DNA from: an uncultured delta proteobacterium
Lineage (GTDB): Bacteria > Myxococcota_A > Polyangia > Polyangiales > Polyangiaceae
NCBI GenBank assembly: GCA_963696385.1
Contig: CAVOKF010000005.1
Coordinates: 384,001 to 448,000 of the forward strand
Length of the DNA stretch: 64,000 nt
Direction: 5' to 3'
A model generated the notes under the pieces. The model was not told the DNA's origin, ran no database searches, and worked only from the letters and a program-made list of their open reading frames with translations. The first letter of the stretch is position 1. The number at the start of each line of letters is the position of its first letter. Positions 53,998 through 64,000 of this stretch are shown piece by piece. The position numbers and the translations under genes were made by a program.

Positions 53998-55746
53998 ATG
54001 CTCTTTACGCGCGCCCTCATCCCGACGATGAAAGACGCCCCAGCCGACGCGGCCAGCGCAAGTCATGTGCTGCTCGCGCGAGCTGGTTACATCCGCCGTG
54101 TCGGAGCTGGCATTTATGATTTTCTACCGCTCGGTCTGCGCGTACTGCGCAAAATCGAGCGGGTCGTTCGCGAGGAAATGGACCGGGCGGGTGCGCTCGA
54201 GCTGCTGATGCCCGCGCTCCTGCCAGCCGACTATTTCAAGGAAACCGGCCGCTGGGATCTCTACGGTGACGTGCTCTTTCGAATTCGAGACCGAAAGGGT
54301 GGGGACTATCACCTGGGTCCCACACACGAAGAGATCGTTACGGACATCGCCCGTCGTGAACTCAAGAGCTGGCGCGATCTTCCGAAGACGCTCTATCAGA
54401 TCCAAGTCAAGTTTCGCGATGAGCCCCGCCCCCGTGGCGGGCTTCTCAGGTGCCGAGAGTTCACGATGAAAGACGCGTACTCGTTCGATGCGAACGAGGA
54501 CCTCGCACTCGCCAGTTACGAGCGGATGCGTCAGGCGTACGTCCGCATCCTGAACCGAATGGGTCTCACGTATCGCATGGTGCAAGCCGACGCCGGCGCC
54601 ATCGGCGGGTCGACGAGCGCCGAGTTCCAGGTGCTCGTCGACTCTGGCGAAGACGCGATCGTCGCCTGTGACAAGTGCGATTACGCCGCGAACCTGGAGG
54701 TCGCCGTGCCCGGCCTGAGCCCGGTCCCCTCCGCCGAGTCGTCGCCCGATCGCGGGGCCGATGCGGTAAGCAAAGCGTCCACCGCGCGCATCCATACGCC
54801 GGGACATGGCGCGATCGACGACGTTGCGAAGCTGCTTGGAATTCCCAAGAGCTCGATGCTCAAGTGTCTCCTGTACACGGCCGGGAAAGAACTCGTGATG
54901 GTCGTCGTTCGGGGTGATCACGAGGTCAACGAGGTACGGCTTGCGCGCGCCGTGGGCGTGGACGAAGTGTTTCTCGCCAGCCAGGCCGATGTCGAGCGGG
55001 TGACCGGCGCTGCGATCGGCTTCGCGGGACCGGTGGGCTTCGACGGCCGAATCGTCGTGGACCCGGCCGCGCAGCGGGTCTCGGGCGGCGTGACGGGCGC
55101 GAACCAAACGGATTGGCACCTGACGAACGTGCAATTCGGACGCGACTATCGTGGCCAGATCGTGGACGTGCGCCTCGCCGCGGGGGGCGACCCGTGCCCT
55201 CGTTGCGACGGCGGTACACTAATCGCTTACCGGGGGATCGAGGCGGGCCACATCTTCGTCCTCGGTACGAAGTACTCGGTGCCGATGGGAGCGACGTTCA
55301 TCGATGAGAAGCAGCAGCAGCGCCCGCTCGTCATGGGCTGTTACGGAATCGGCATTTCACGTCTCGTGGCGACGACGGTCGAGCAACATCACGACGACAA
55401 CGGCATTCGGTGGCCCATCGCGGTCGCGCCCTATCATGTGCACGTCGTCACCCTCGGGAACGAGGGCGATGTCCTCGCGACAGCGCGAGCTCTCTGCGAC
55501 TCGCTGGAGCTCGCCGGGGCGGAAGTGCTCTGGGACGATCGGGACGAACGTCCCGGAGTGAAGTTCAAAGACGCAGATCTCATCGGCATCCCGCTTCGCG
55601 TGATCATTGGCGCCAAAGGTCTCGCCGCCGGACACGTCGAGCTGAAGACTCGCACCGATTCCGATCCGAAAAGGGTCGAGCGTCTGCCCATCCCCGAGGC
55701 GGCTGCGACGATTGCGGATCGGGTCCGTGTCGGGCTTCGGGGATGA
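53998..55746 (+). CDS. proS: Proline-tRNA ligase with INS editing domain
   Basis: LGPTHEE, KFRDEPRPRGGLLRCREFTMKDAYSF, MGCYGIG, anticodon-binding domain. Confidence 0.97.
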   Translation: MLFTRALIPTMKDAPADAASASHVLLARAGYIRRVGAGIYDFLPLGLRVLRKIERVVREEMDRAGALELLMPALLPADYFKETGRWDLYGDVLFRIRDRKGGDYHLGPTHEEIVTDIARRELKSWRDLPKTLYQIQVKFRDEPRPRGGLLRCREFTMKDAYSFDANEDLALASYERMRQAYVRILNRMGLTYRMVQADAGAIGGSTSAEFQVLVDSGEDAIVACDKCDYAANLEVAVPGLSPVPSAESSPDRGADAVSKASTARIHTPGHGAIDDVAKLLGIPKSSMLKCLLYTAGKELVMVVVRGDHEVNEVRLARAVGVDEVFLASQADVERVTGAAIGFAGPVGFDGRIVVDPAAQRVSGGVTGANQTDWHLTNVQFGRDYRGQIVDVRLAAGGDPCPRCDGGTLIAYRGIEAGHIFVLGTKYSVPMGATFIDEKQQQRPLVMGCYGIGISRLVATTVEQHHDDNGIRWPIAVAPYHVHVVTLGNEGDVLATARALCDSLELAGAEVLWDDRDERPGVKFKDADLIGIPLRVIIGAKGLAAGHVELKTRTDSDPKRVERLPIPEAAATIADRVRVGLRG

Positions 55747-56438
55747 TACCGGCGGCTCCGACTCGTTCGCCCCCGGTCACGGTCGCAGGCGAGGTCGAGA
55801 CCCGTGTGCCGGGCGGTGCCCCTGGGCTAGTGATCGAGGCGCGCATCCACGCTCCGACCGATGCCGTGCGTGCGGTGGTGCTGTGCCATCCCCATCCGCT
55901 GTACGGCGGAAGCATGCACAGTCCGGTTCCGCTCGTGATCGCGAAATGGCTGTCCGATGCGGGCAGAGGCCGGGTCGCATGGGCACGCTTCAACTTCCGT
56001 GGCGTTGGCGCGAGCACGGGAGTCTACGATGAGGGACGAGGAGAGGTGGACGATGCCCGCGCCGTCATCGTTCAAGTGCGTCGTCTCGTGCCTTTGGCTC
56101 ACGTGGCGATATGCGGTCACTCGTTCGGATCGTGGGTCGGCTTGCGCGCCGCGCTGTGCGAAGAAGCGGTCGATCGGGTCCTTCTTGTGGCGCCGAGCGC
56201 ACGCATGTTCGATTTCGAAAGCTTGTCGGTGTCGACTCGGGCGAGCGCGATTCGAAAGACGGTGTTCGTCGGCGATCGCGATGAGTTCTGCAGCGTCGAC
56301 GACGCTCGAAGACTGGCCGAAGTGCTTGGCGCCGACCTGCAAGTTTTCGAAGGGTTCGACCACCATTTCTTGAAATCGCGGCGTGCCCTGGCAGAGCGGG
56401 CAATGCCCGTCGTAGCCCCTGAGGTCTCAGTTCCATGA
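55743..56438 (+). CDS. Alpha/beta hydrolase
   Basis: CHPHPLYGGSM, RFNFRGVG, GHSFG, GDRDE, DHHF. Confidence 0.9.
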   Translation: MIPAAPTRSPPVTVAGEVETRVPGGAPGLVIEARIHAPTDAVRAVVLCHPHPLYGGSMHSPVPLVIAKWLSDAGRGRVAWARFNFRGVGASTGVYDEGRGEVDDARAVIVQVRRLVPLAHVAICGHSFGSWVGLRAALCEEAVDRVLLVAPSARMFDFESLSVSTRASAIRKTVFVGDRDEFCSVDDARRLAEVLGADLQVFEGFDHHFLKSRRALAERAMPVVAPEVSVP

Positions 56439-57619
56439 GCGAGCGAAAGACGATCACCTCCACCGAAGCCGTTCACGCAGGCGACGACAAGTTCAAAGGC
56501 TACGAATCCGTGCCGATGCCGATCGTGCAGACGGCCACCTACACGTTTGCGGACAGCGCCGAGATCGCGCGGTATACGAGTGGGGAACATTCCGATCCCG
56601 AACGAGGCGAGTACGCCCGTTACGGCAACCCCACGGTGCGGGCGGTCGAGCGACGCCTCGCTGCGCTGGAAGGAACCGAGGATGCGGCGCTCTTCGCGAG
56701 CGGCATGGCCGCGGTGACGACGGGCCTCTTCGCTCTCGTCAAGAGCGGCCAGCACATCGTCCTCTTCCAAGACTGTTATCGGCGGACGCTCGAGTTCGTC
56801 AAGGACGTACTGACGCGCTTCGGCGTCGCGCACACCCTGTTGCCCGCGGGTGACGTGGCATCGTTGCCGGACGCGATCCGCCCCGAGACGCGTCTCGTCC
56901 TGAGCGAGTCGCCGACGAACCCGTATCTGTCGTGCATCGATCTCGGGCGAGTCGCGGCCGCGTGCAGAAGCCGTCGTACGGTAAAATCGATGATCGACGC
57001 GACCTTGGCGACGCCGTTCAACTGCCGTCCGACGACCTTCGGCGTAGATCTGGTCGTGCACAGCGCGACGAAATACCTAGCGGGCCACAATGACGTCATG
57101 GCCGGGGTCGTTTGCGGCCCGGCCGGCCTGGTGTCCATCATCCGCGACCTGCGTGGTGTGCTCGGTGGCGTGTGCGATCCGCACGCGGCGTTCCTCGTCG
57201 GACGAGGGCTCAAGACGCTGGCACTGCGCCTCGAAAGGCAGAATGCAACCGCCCTCGCGGTCGCCGAGTGGCTCGAGAAGCATCCGAAGATCGAGCGCGT
57301 CTTCTATCCCGGTCTCGTTTCTCACGCGACGCATGGCATTGCGCGGGCGCAAATGAGCGGCTTCGGTGGAGTCGTCAGCTTCATTGTCCGCGGGGGCCTC
57401 GCTGCGGCGAGCAGCCTCGTTGACGCCACAAGACTCGCGAGAATCGCGGTCAGCTTCGGCGGAGTCGAGACGCTGATCGAGCAGCCAGCCATCATGAGCT
57501 ATTACGAAATGACGAGCGAGCAGCGCCGAGCCATCGGGATTTCCGACGGCCTCATCCGACTTTCCGTCGGAATCGAAGACGCGGGCGACGTCATCGCGGA
57601 TCTCGAAGCCGCTCTTTAG
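56435..57619 (+). CDS. Cystathionine gamma-synthase-like PLP enzyme (Cys/Met metabolism family)
   Basis: YARYGNPT, FASGMAA, ESPTNP, HSATKYLAGHND, LIRLSVGIE. Confidence 0.9.
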   Translation: MSERKTITSTEAVHAGDDKFKGYESVPMPIVQTATYTFADSAEIARYTSGEHSDPERGEYARYGNPTVRAVERRLAALEGTEDAALFASGMAAVTTGLFALVKSGQHIVLFQDCYRRTLEFVKDVLTRFGVAHTLLPAGDVASLPDAIRPETRLVLSESPTNPYLSCIDLGRVAAACRSRRTVKSMIDATLATPFNCRPTTFGVDLVVHSATKYLAGHNDVMAGVVCGPAGLVSIIRDLRGVLGGVCDPHAAFLVGRGLKTLALRLERQNATALAVAEWLEKHPKIERVFYPGLVSHATHGIARAQMSGFGGVVSFIVRGGLAAASSLVDATRLARIAVSFGGVETLIEQPAIMSYYEMTSEQRRAIGISDGLIRLSVGIEDAGDVIADLEAAL

Positions 57620-57674
57620 CGGTCGCGGTCGGCGTTGGGGTCGCCGTCATGTTGGGGCGGTCGCGCAAGAATCG

Positions 57675-59774
57675 TCAGGTGCGAGGTCCGAGGCCTTCGA
57701 GCATGGCCAAAATGGCGCTCGCGCTTGCCGCGGCCTCGCGGACGGTCGTCGGAGCGTCGTTCTTCACCTCTTGCTCGTCGAGCAGTTCGGCGGGGATATC
57801 GAGAAGAAACCGGCTTGGCATTCGCGGCACCGCTTTGCCGCGCAGCACGCGTGCCTTCGCCCGGCTGAGGACCAGATGATCTCTCGAGCGTGTGATCCCC
57901 ACATAGAACAGTCGCCGCTCCTCTTCGATGGGGGCGCAGCCATCTTCGCCGAGGCCGTCGGTTGCCCGGGCATCGATCGTGCGGCCATGGGGCAGATACC
58001 CTTCCTCGCATCCGATCAAGAAGACGACGTCGAACTCGAGTCCCTTGCTGCCGTGCAGCGTCGAGAGAGTCACGACGTCTTGGGCGTCGTCGAGGTCCGC
58101 GTCGATATCCAGGGTCAGCAGCTGCAAGAAGCCGGCCAGACCATCGGTCGCCGCGCCATGGCGCGCCTCGCGCCTCGCGAGGGTGGCCAGCACGCCCTCG
58201 ACGTTAGCCCAGCGTTTGGCCGCCGCATCGGCAGTGGGGCCGCTGGTGTCGATCTCCGCCTTGAAGCCGACGCGCTCGACAATCGTGCGCGCGACTTGGC
58301 TCGGCGGTCGCGTCGACGACACGAGATCGCGCCGCGCCTCAGCCACCGCGCTTGCGAGAGCACGGCATCCGTCGCGTGCCGCAGTGCCGACGTCGTCGAA
58401 CGCATCGACGCGCTCGACGGCCTGCCAGAGCGTCCAGCCGCGCGCGAGCGCCCCCGTCAAAAGCTTCTCGAAAGTCGCTTCCCCGATGGCCCGCGGCGGG
58501 TAATTGACGATGCGGCGCAGGCTGATTTCGTCGGCGGGGTTGAGCGCCAGCTTGAGGTAGGCGAGGGTATCCTTGACCTCTTTGCGTTCGAAGAATTGCA
58601 TTCCACCTACCACGCGGTGCGAAATGCCCTGCTCACGGAGCGCCTCTTCGATGAATCGTGACTGGTTGTTCGAGCGATAGAGAACCGCGATTTCGCCGGG
58701 ACGCCGCCTTTCTTCGCTCACGTAACGGCGGATCTCGCGCGCCACCCAGGCCGCCTCCGCTTCGGGTGTGGCGGCAATGGCGTGGCGCACCGGGTGGCCG
58801 CCGGCCCGGCGGCTGAAGAGGACCTTGCGCCATTTGGCGTCCGTTCGCTTCGCGATGACGGCGTTCGCGACGGCAAGAATGGGCGTCGTGGATCGATAGT
58901 TCTGTTCGAGCTTGATGACGCGTGCGCCTGGGAAGTGGCGGTCGAAATCGAGGATGTTTTTCACCTCCGCACCGCGCCAGCCGTAGATGGCCTGATCGTC
59001 GTCGCCCACGGCGCATACGTTTCCACGTCGCGCGCACAAGAGGCGAAGCATCTCGAGCTGCGCACGGTTGGTATCTTGATATTCGTCGACGAGGACATGG
59101 ATGAACCTCTCTTGCCATCGGGCTCGGACCTCGGAGTGATCGCGCCAAAGGCGCGCGACCTCACAGATGAGATCGTCGAAATCGAACGCGCGGTATCGGC
59201 GGAGCGCGTTCTGATAACGCGGAAAAATGGCTTTCGTGATCTCGTCGTAGTCGTCTCCCTCGCGACAGGGGAGCTCGTCCGGCCTAAGGCCGGCGTTTTT
59301 CGCGGTCGAAATGCGCGCCAAGATGGCTTGGGCGTCGAACGTTCGGTCCGCCCCGGCCGCCCGCAGCAACTGCTTCACGAGCGCGCTTTGGTCGCCGTGA
59401 TCGAAAATGGTGAAGTGGCCACCGAGCACGTCCCGCTCGCGCCCGAGCACCTCGAGACCGAACGAGTGGAACGTCGACACGGTAAGTCCGCCCACTCCGC
59501 TGGCGGAGCGTCGGCCGCCGCCCGTAGCGCCCTTGCCGAGGATCTTGCCAACGCGCTCGCGCATTTCGGCGGCGGCCTTGTTGGTGAACGTGAGCGCGAC
59601 GAGAGCCCCGGGCGGTATGCCGCGTGCGACCAGTCGTGCGATCCGATGCGTGATGACGCGCGTTTTGCCCGACCCGGCACCCGCGAGCACGAGCAGCGGC
59701 CCGTCGCCGTGCTCGACCGCTTCGCGTTGGGCGTCATTCAACGGCGTTGATGCGACTTTGGGTGCGAGGGCCAT
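57675..59774 (-). CDS. UvrD/Rep/PcrA-family helicase
   Basis: LAGAGSGKT, TFTNKAA, VDEYQDTN, VGDDDQAIYGWRGA, LEQNYRS, EEERRLFYVGITR. Confidence 0.95.
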   Translation of the reverse strand: MALAPKVASTPLNDAQREAVEHGDGPLLVLAGAGSGKTRVITHRIARLVARGIPPGALVALTFTNKAAAEMRERVGKILGKGATGGGRRSASGVGGLTVSTFHSFGLEVLGRERDVLGGHFTIFDHGDQSALVKQLLRAAGADRTFDAQAILARISTAKNAGLRPDELPCREGDDYDEITKAIFPRYQNALRRYRAFDFDDLICEVARLWRDHSEVRARWQERFIHVLVDEYQDTNRAQLEMLRLLCARRGNVCAVGDDDQAIYGWRGAEVKNILDFDRHFPGARVIKLEQNYRSTTPILAVANAVIAKRTDAKWRKVLFSRRAGGHPVRHAIAATPEAEAAWVAREIRRYVSEERRRPGEIAVLYRSNNQSRFIEEALREQGISHRVVGGMQFFERKEVKDTLAYLKLALNPADEISLRRIVNYPPRAIGEATFEKLLTGALARGWTLWQAVERVDAFDDVGTAARDGCRALASAVAEARRDLVSSTRPPSQVARTIVERVGFKAEIDTSGPTADAAAKRWANVEGVLATLARREARHGAATDGLAGFLQLLTLDIDADLDDAQDVVTLSTLHGSKGLEFDVVFLIGCEEGYLPHGRTIDARATDGLGEDGCAPIEEERRLFYVGITRSRDHLVLSRAKARVLRGKAVPRMPSRFLLDIPAELLDEQEVKNDAPTTVREAAASASAILAMLEGLGPRT

Positions 59775-59848
59775 CGGCCAGCGGTTCTTTACCCTCGGCG
59801 CCTTCACGGGACTAGATTGATAAGAGGGCTCGCGTATGCTCGACCGCA

Positions 59849-61837
59849 TTGATGCTCCCGTGCCGCGTAGCGCACGTGCCCCTGGGTCTTGTCGCAGCCT
59901 GGGTCCTCTGCGCGCAAGCTGCGTGCGGCGGTTCGTCGCCTGTGCTCCGTGCCCCGTCCGCTGCCGCGATCTCCAGGGGGACGCCCGGGCCCGCGACAAC
60001 TGCGGATCTGGGTCCGGTAGCTCTTCCGGCGAACCTCATCGTGTTCGGACGCATCACCAAGCCGAGCGCATCCCTCTCGATTGCACACGCGTGGTCGAAA
60101 CTACCGACGCCGCAGTCCGAGCAGTTGAGCGAGCTGGTCGTCGGAGAACCCGTGGGGCCGCTCATCGATGTCGATCAGCCTGTCGACTTTGCCCTCGCCG
60201 TGAACCGACCAGGGGGCGGCCCTCCCTCCGACACCGCACTTTTTTCGGTGTCGGCAGGCATTCGGGACCTCGACGTCGCCAAGGCCGCTCTAACGGAGCG
60301 ATACAAGCTGGTGCCCGCCGACAACGGCGCCCTGGTGATTCAAGGACTTGGCACCGCCGCGGACTCCGGCGCCGACGAAGAAGATCGCGACTCCCAAGCC
60401 CGCCGCACGTGTGAGCTTGCCCCTGCCTACGGGTCCTCGGCGACGCGGCTCGTCTGCGCGCTCGGAGATCCGAAGGCCTTGACCGAGCTTGGCCCCTGGC
60501 TCACGCGCGGCGCAACGCGTATGCGCTCGACCTCCGACGTGCGCGTCGACGTCCGGGTGCAGCCGATGAAGTCGCTCGTTTCCGACAAGTGGAAGACGAT
60601 GTCGATTCTTCTCGGCGCGTTCACCGGCAGCTCGCTCGGAATTCCGAGCGTCCGCGAGCTCGCGATGGCTGCGGCCCAAGACCTCGTAAACTCCGTGTTG
60701 GATCTCGATACTCTTTCGCTGGACCTCCATTTGTCGGATTCCGCCGCTCGCGTCGTTCTCACGCAGAACTTCTCGGGCACGACGTCGTTGTTCGCGCAAC
60801 TGGCGACCGCGAATGCCGATCGCGTCGGGCCGCCGCCCGCCCAATTCTGGCAAATGCCGTCGGATGCGGACCTCGCGGTCTTCGGAAGGGGAACTGATCC
60901 CGCCCTCTTGGCGCCCATCAGAGACCGCATGCTTAAAGTCGTCAGCGAGACACTCGCAGAGGACGGCGTAAAGTCACCGGACGGCCGAGCGCTCGTCGAG
61001 GCACTGCGCCGGTTTCCGCTATCGACCGCAACGGTTTACGCGCATGGGATCGACGTCGAGGCAGCGCGTAAATCGGTCGCTGTCGCAGTTTCCTCCGCTG
61101 GGGACGAGAGCGAGCAAACTGCAAGGTGGTCGTTGGCCAAAGACCTGGTCGGCTGGCACGTGGTCGAAATGGACGAGCCCGCCTCGGATTTGTCCCAAGC
61201 GCTGAAGGCACTGACCGCGGCATGGAGCCGGCCGGCCGTCGCCTCCGTGTACCGCGCCGGGTTCAGGGGGTTGCCCGCGGTCCGGTTGGCTCCCGCACCG
61301 ATGCCGAAAGGCGGCGCGTGGCCCGTCACGGCGGAGCACTACGTGGTGGAGCTTCAGCCCCCCCCTCCCGCGCACCAGAAGGCGGGCGGGAAAACGCAGC
61401 CGGCGGCTCGGTCGGTAACGTTTCATGTCTTCGTGGTACCCGATGGAGGCCGAACCTGGGTGGGTGTCGGGGGCGATGAGTCGTTGATCACCGCCAAGCT
61501 GGCCTCCGCGATAGCGGGTTCCGGCGACTCTCTTCGCTCGATGTCGGAGCTGATGTTGCTCAAGGATTCGCATGTGGGTGCAGCGGGCTTCGTTACGATA
61601 AGAGGGGTCGCCACGGAAGCGATGGGCATCGCGGCGCTCGTGGGCATGTCGCCGCAGAGTGCGGCCGACACCTTGGCGGAGTTGCAGCGTTTGCCGGCTG
61701 CGGGAACCAGCGCGCTGAGCCTCACGTCCACGTCGAGCTCTTCGAAGGCTCCTGCCGCGGTCGTCACGTCCTTCGACGTGCCGCGCGCCGCCGTCGAGGA
61801 CGGGATCGTCTGGGCGTTGCACCACGGCGGCTTCTGA
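59849..61837 (+). CDS. Hypothetical large lipoprotein
   Basis: Signal ending QAAC; 662 aa open frame with coding-like codon use. Confidence 0.7.
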   Translation: MMLPCRVAHVPLGLVAAWVLCAQAACGGSSPVLRAPSAAAISRGTPGPATTADLGPVALPANLIVFGRITKPSASLSIAHAWSKLPTPQSEQLSELVVGEPVGPLIDVDQPVDFALAVNRPGGGPPSDTALFSVSAGIRDLDVAKAALTERYKLVPADNGALVIQGLGTAADSGADEEDRDSQARRTCELAPAYGSSATRLVCALGDPKALTELGPWLTRGATRMRSTSDVRVDVRVQPMKSLVSDKWKTMSILLGAFTGSSLGIPSVRELAMAAAQDLVNSVLDLDTLSLDLHLSDSAARVVLTQNFSGTTSLFAQLATANADRVGPPPAQFWQMPSDADLAVFGRGTDPALLAPIRDRMLKVVSETLAEDGVKSPDGRALVEALRRFPLSTATVYAHGIDVEAARKSVAVAVSSAGDESEQTARWSLAKDLVGWHVVEMDEPASDLSQALKALTAAWSRPAVASVYRAGFRGLPAVRLAPAPMPKGGAWPVTAEHYVVELQPPPPAHQKAGGKTQPAARSVTFHVFVVPDGGRTWVGVGGDESLITAKLASAIAGSGDSLRSMSELMLLKDSHVGAAGFVTIRGVATEAMGIAALVGMSPQSAADTLAELQRLPAAGTSALSLTSTSSSSKAPAAVVTSFDVPRAAVEDGIVWALHHGGF

Positions 61838-61931
61838 GCGTTCATGCTCGTGGAAACGGGGGACCGCCGACCCCCGTCGCTTCGCCTCGAAAGTTGTCCG
61901 CGTGGGCGGACCTGGTTGAACATCCGCTTGC

Positions 61932-63671
61932 ATGCACCCCCGGGTTCTCGCGGCGTTCGCATGCGCGCTTTGTGCATGGCTCGTTTCGGGCCGCGCTTCC
62001 GCTTGGCAGGAGGCACATGAGATCGGCGACGACCTCGAGCTCGAGGTCGAGCCGAGCGGCCTGGCGACGGTTCGGCACGAGATCCGATGGCACGTGGTGC
62101 ACGGTCCTCTGAAGTCCTTTGACCTCACCAATGTCGACGGATCCGCGGTGGTCGAACCCCTGGTGAACGTCGACTCGGACGACGGACGGAGCTTGGCGGC
62201 ACACGTCTCGAGCCAAGACGCGAGGACGGCTCGTGTCGTTGTCGATGACCCTCGCGCGACGCAACACGGAACGTTCACCTTCGACGTCCGCTGGCGAATC
62301 GACCTGGTCGCCGCGGGCGCTCTCGTTCGCGACGGAGCCACCTGGCGACTGAGCATTTCCCAGCCTGTCGCCGTGGAAGGCTTGAATGGGGCGCAGACCA
62401 TCATCGACCTACCCGCCGCGCCGGACCCGCCGCAGCCTCTCGATCCCGAGACCGGCGCCGTCGATGACGGTGCGCTCGCGACGCTTCGCCGTGGAGTCGA
62501 TCGCGACGTGCTGAAGCTTTTGCGGCCTCACGTCGCGCGCGGCGAATCCGTGAAGTGGGTCGTCCGCGTCGACGATCGGGCGTTATCGGGCGTCGCGGCG
62601 CTGCACCCGCCGCCTCCCGTCGATCCGCGCGTCTCTTCGGAACCGGACCGGATTCGCGGCGCGTCGCTTGCGGCGTCGATCGGCGTCGTCGGTCTTGCGT
62701 ACGCTTGGTTGGTTCGTCGCAAATCGGGCGCTAAGGGCGCCGACCCGGGGGGCGGTGAAGCCAACCTGGAGCGGCCCGTGCTGCCGCTGCCGCTCGGGCT
62801 CCGATCGACCCTGAGCGGAGCAAGTTTGGCGCTTGGCATCGTGCTCCAAGTTTCGGACGAGGTGGGCGGCGGGGGCGTGTGCGTCGCGATCGCGATCGTC
62901 GCTGCGGCGATCCGCCCGAAAGCCCCGAGGGCAACCGCCAGGGGCCCTGGGCGCTGGTTCGTATTGCGGCCTTGCGACGCCTTCGCGGCACGGGCCCGCC
63001 CGAGCGACTGGCTCGACCTCGGCAGTCCGTCGGGTCGCATCACTGCGCTTCTGGTGGGCGCTGCCGTGACCGTCCTCATCCTCGTGCTCCGCAACATCTG
63101 GGCGGATGCTCCCTGGCTGGTCGGGATGGACGCTCTCGTGTTCGTTCCGCTTTGGATGAGCCCCGGCTCCCGTGCGGGGTGCCCCTATGGTGGTCGTGGC
63201 GCCGCACGTTGGCTGGCCCGGAGCTACCGCCGGTTGTCTCGAGTCGATCGGCTTCGGGTGGCGCCTTGGGCTCGCGTGGCGCAAGACGGCTCGATCGACG
63301 AGCTTCGACTGCTGGTTCTTCCGCGATTGGCGGTCCCGGGCCTCGTGGGGATCGAAATGGGGCTGGCGTGGAGCTCGACTCCCGTGGGTGGCGTCGGCTT
63401 GCCCGAGGTTCTCGTCCGCTTTCTCCATTCGAGCGACGCATCGAGCCGTCTGACCGAGGCGCTGCCCCGAGAGCGTAGCCTGCCGGGCCGCCGTCCGGAG
63501 GAGCGCGTCGTTCGCCTATTACCGCGGTGGCCGACGTGCGATGCGAGCGTCGTGCTGGCCGGCGAGCTTGCCGGTGTGCTCACCGATCGGCGCGCGGCAC
63601 CATTCGTGTCGTGTTCGGGCCGAGAGCGCCGGACAGCACGCCTTGCCTCGCCCGGCCCCAGTCTCTGCTAA
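61932..63671 (+). CDS. Hypothetical membrane protein with exported N-terminal beta domain
   Basis: Signal ending ASA, beta-rich domain, about five TM segments. Confidence 0.68.
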   Translation: MHPRVLAAFACALCAWLVSGRASAWQEAHEIGDDLELEVEPSGLATVRHEIRWHVVHGPLKSFDLTNVDGSAVVEPLVNVDSDDGRSLAAHVSSQDARTARVVVDDPRATQHGTFTFDVRWRIDLVAAGALVRDGATWRLSISQPVAVEGLNGAQTIIDLPAAPDPPQPLDPETGAVDDGALATLRRGVDRDVLKLLRPHVARGESVKWVVRVDDRALSGVAALHPPPPVDPRVSSEPDRIRGASLAASIGVVGLAYAWLVRRKSGAKGADPGGGEANLERPVLPLPLGLRSTLSGASLALGIVLQVSDEVGGGGVCVAIAIVAAAIRPKAPRATARGPGRWFVLRPCDAFAARARPSDWLDLGSPSGRITALLVGAAVTVLILVLRNIWADAPWLVGMDALVFVPLWMSPGSRAGCPYGGRGAARWLARSYRRLSRVDRLRVAPWARVAQDGSIDELRLLVLPRLAVPGLVGIEMGLAWSSTPVGGVGLPEVLVRFLHSSDASSRLTEALPRERSLPGRRPEERVVRLLPRWPTCDASVVLAGELAGVLTDRRAAPFVSCSGRERRTARLASPGPSLC

Positions 63672-63688
63672 ACCCCACGTTCGCCGCC

Positions 63689-64000
63689 ATGGATCCGTCC
63701 GCCGTTCGCGTTCACCCGCACCAGGCCCTGGCGGTCTATGTTGAATCGCTCGTCGCGGGCGCGGATGTTGCGGTCTTGGGCGACGCGTCGTTCGGGATGG
63801 CCGAACGCCTGGTCGACCTAGGGGCCCGCACGGTCTACGTGTGGGACCCCGACCGAACCCGCGCACTTGCTGAAGCCGAGCGGGCAACGGCGGGCGTGCG
63901 GGTGCTCCCGTACTCGCCGCACGACCTCGTGGCCCGCAATCTCGACCTGGTCATCGTGCCGGATCTCGGGTCGTTCGACAATCCGGCCGATGTCATCGCG
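63689..64000 (+). CDS. Partial ORF with a degenerate methyltransferase-like (Rossmann) N-terminus
   Basis: MDPSAVRVHPHQALAVYVESLVAGADVAVLGD…LGARTVYVWDPD…; open to the window end. Confidence 0.5.
   Translation, partial: MDPSAVRVHPHQALAVYVESLVAGADVAVLGDASFGMAERLVDLGARTVYVWDPDRTRALAEAERATAGVRVLPYSPHDLVARNLDLVIVPDLGSFDNPADVIA

Overview
High-GC chromosomal window whose gene content (Ser/Thr kinase, FHA-GAF-sigma54 activator, many Cys lipoproteins, CPBP protease) suggests a myxobacterium, probably Polyangiales-like (inference). From left to right: a partly decayed surface-glycosylation island (1-7.6 kb); gcvP-T-H divergent from metK; a sigma54 activator; gpsA, lepB and lipoproteins; an aldehyde dehydrogenase; a double-length uvrA split by one frameshift; a sensor-less histidine kinase; a Ser/Thr kinase with a CPBP protease; frameshifted nadC, birA and an SDR; a complete alternative complex III plus caa3-type oxidase operon (37.7-51.2 kb); then astB, proS, a hydrolase, a cystathionine gamma-synthase-like gene, a UvrD/Rep helicase and hypothetical envelope genes. 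I found no rRNA, tRNA, CRISPR array or transposase, and no clearly new multi-gene system. The strongest unusual signals are: (1) a 27-residue insertion inside the CuA ligand loop of CoxB, with Cys-paired segments in four respiratory subunits; (2) an inverted duplication of a GH5 + discoidin gene pair in which each copy lost the opposite gene, with an ~87 bp direct repeat bracketing one copy; (3) TANNNT boxes 6-9 nt before many start codons, suggesting leaderless mRNAs. Start codons were picked by eye.
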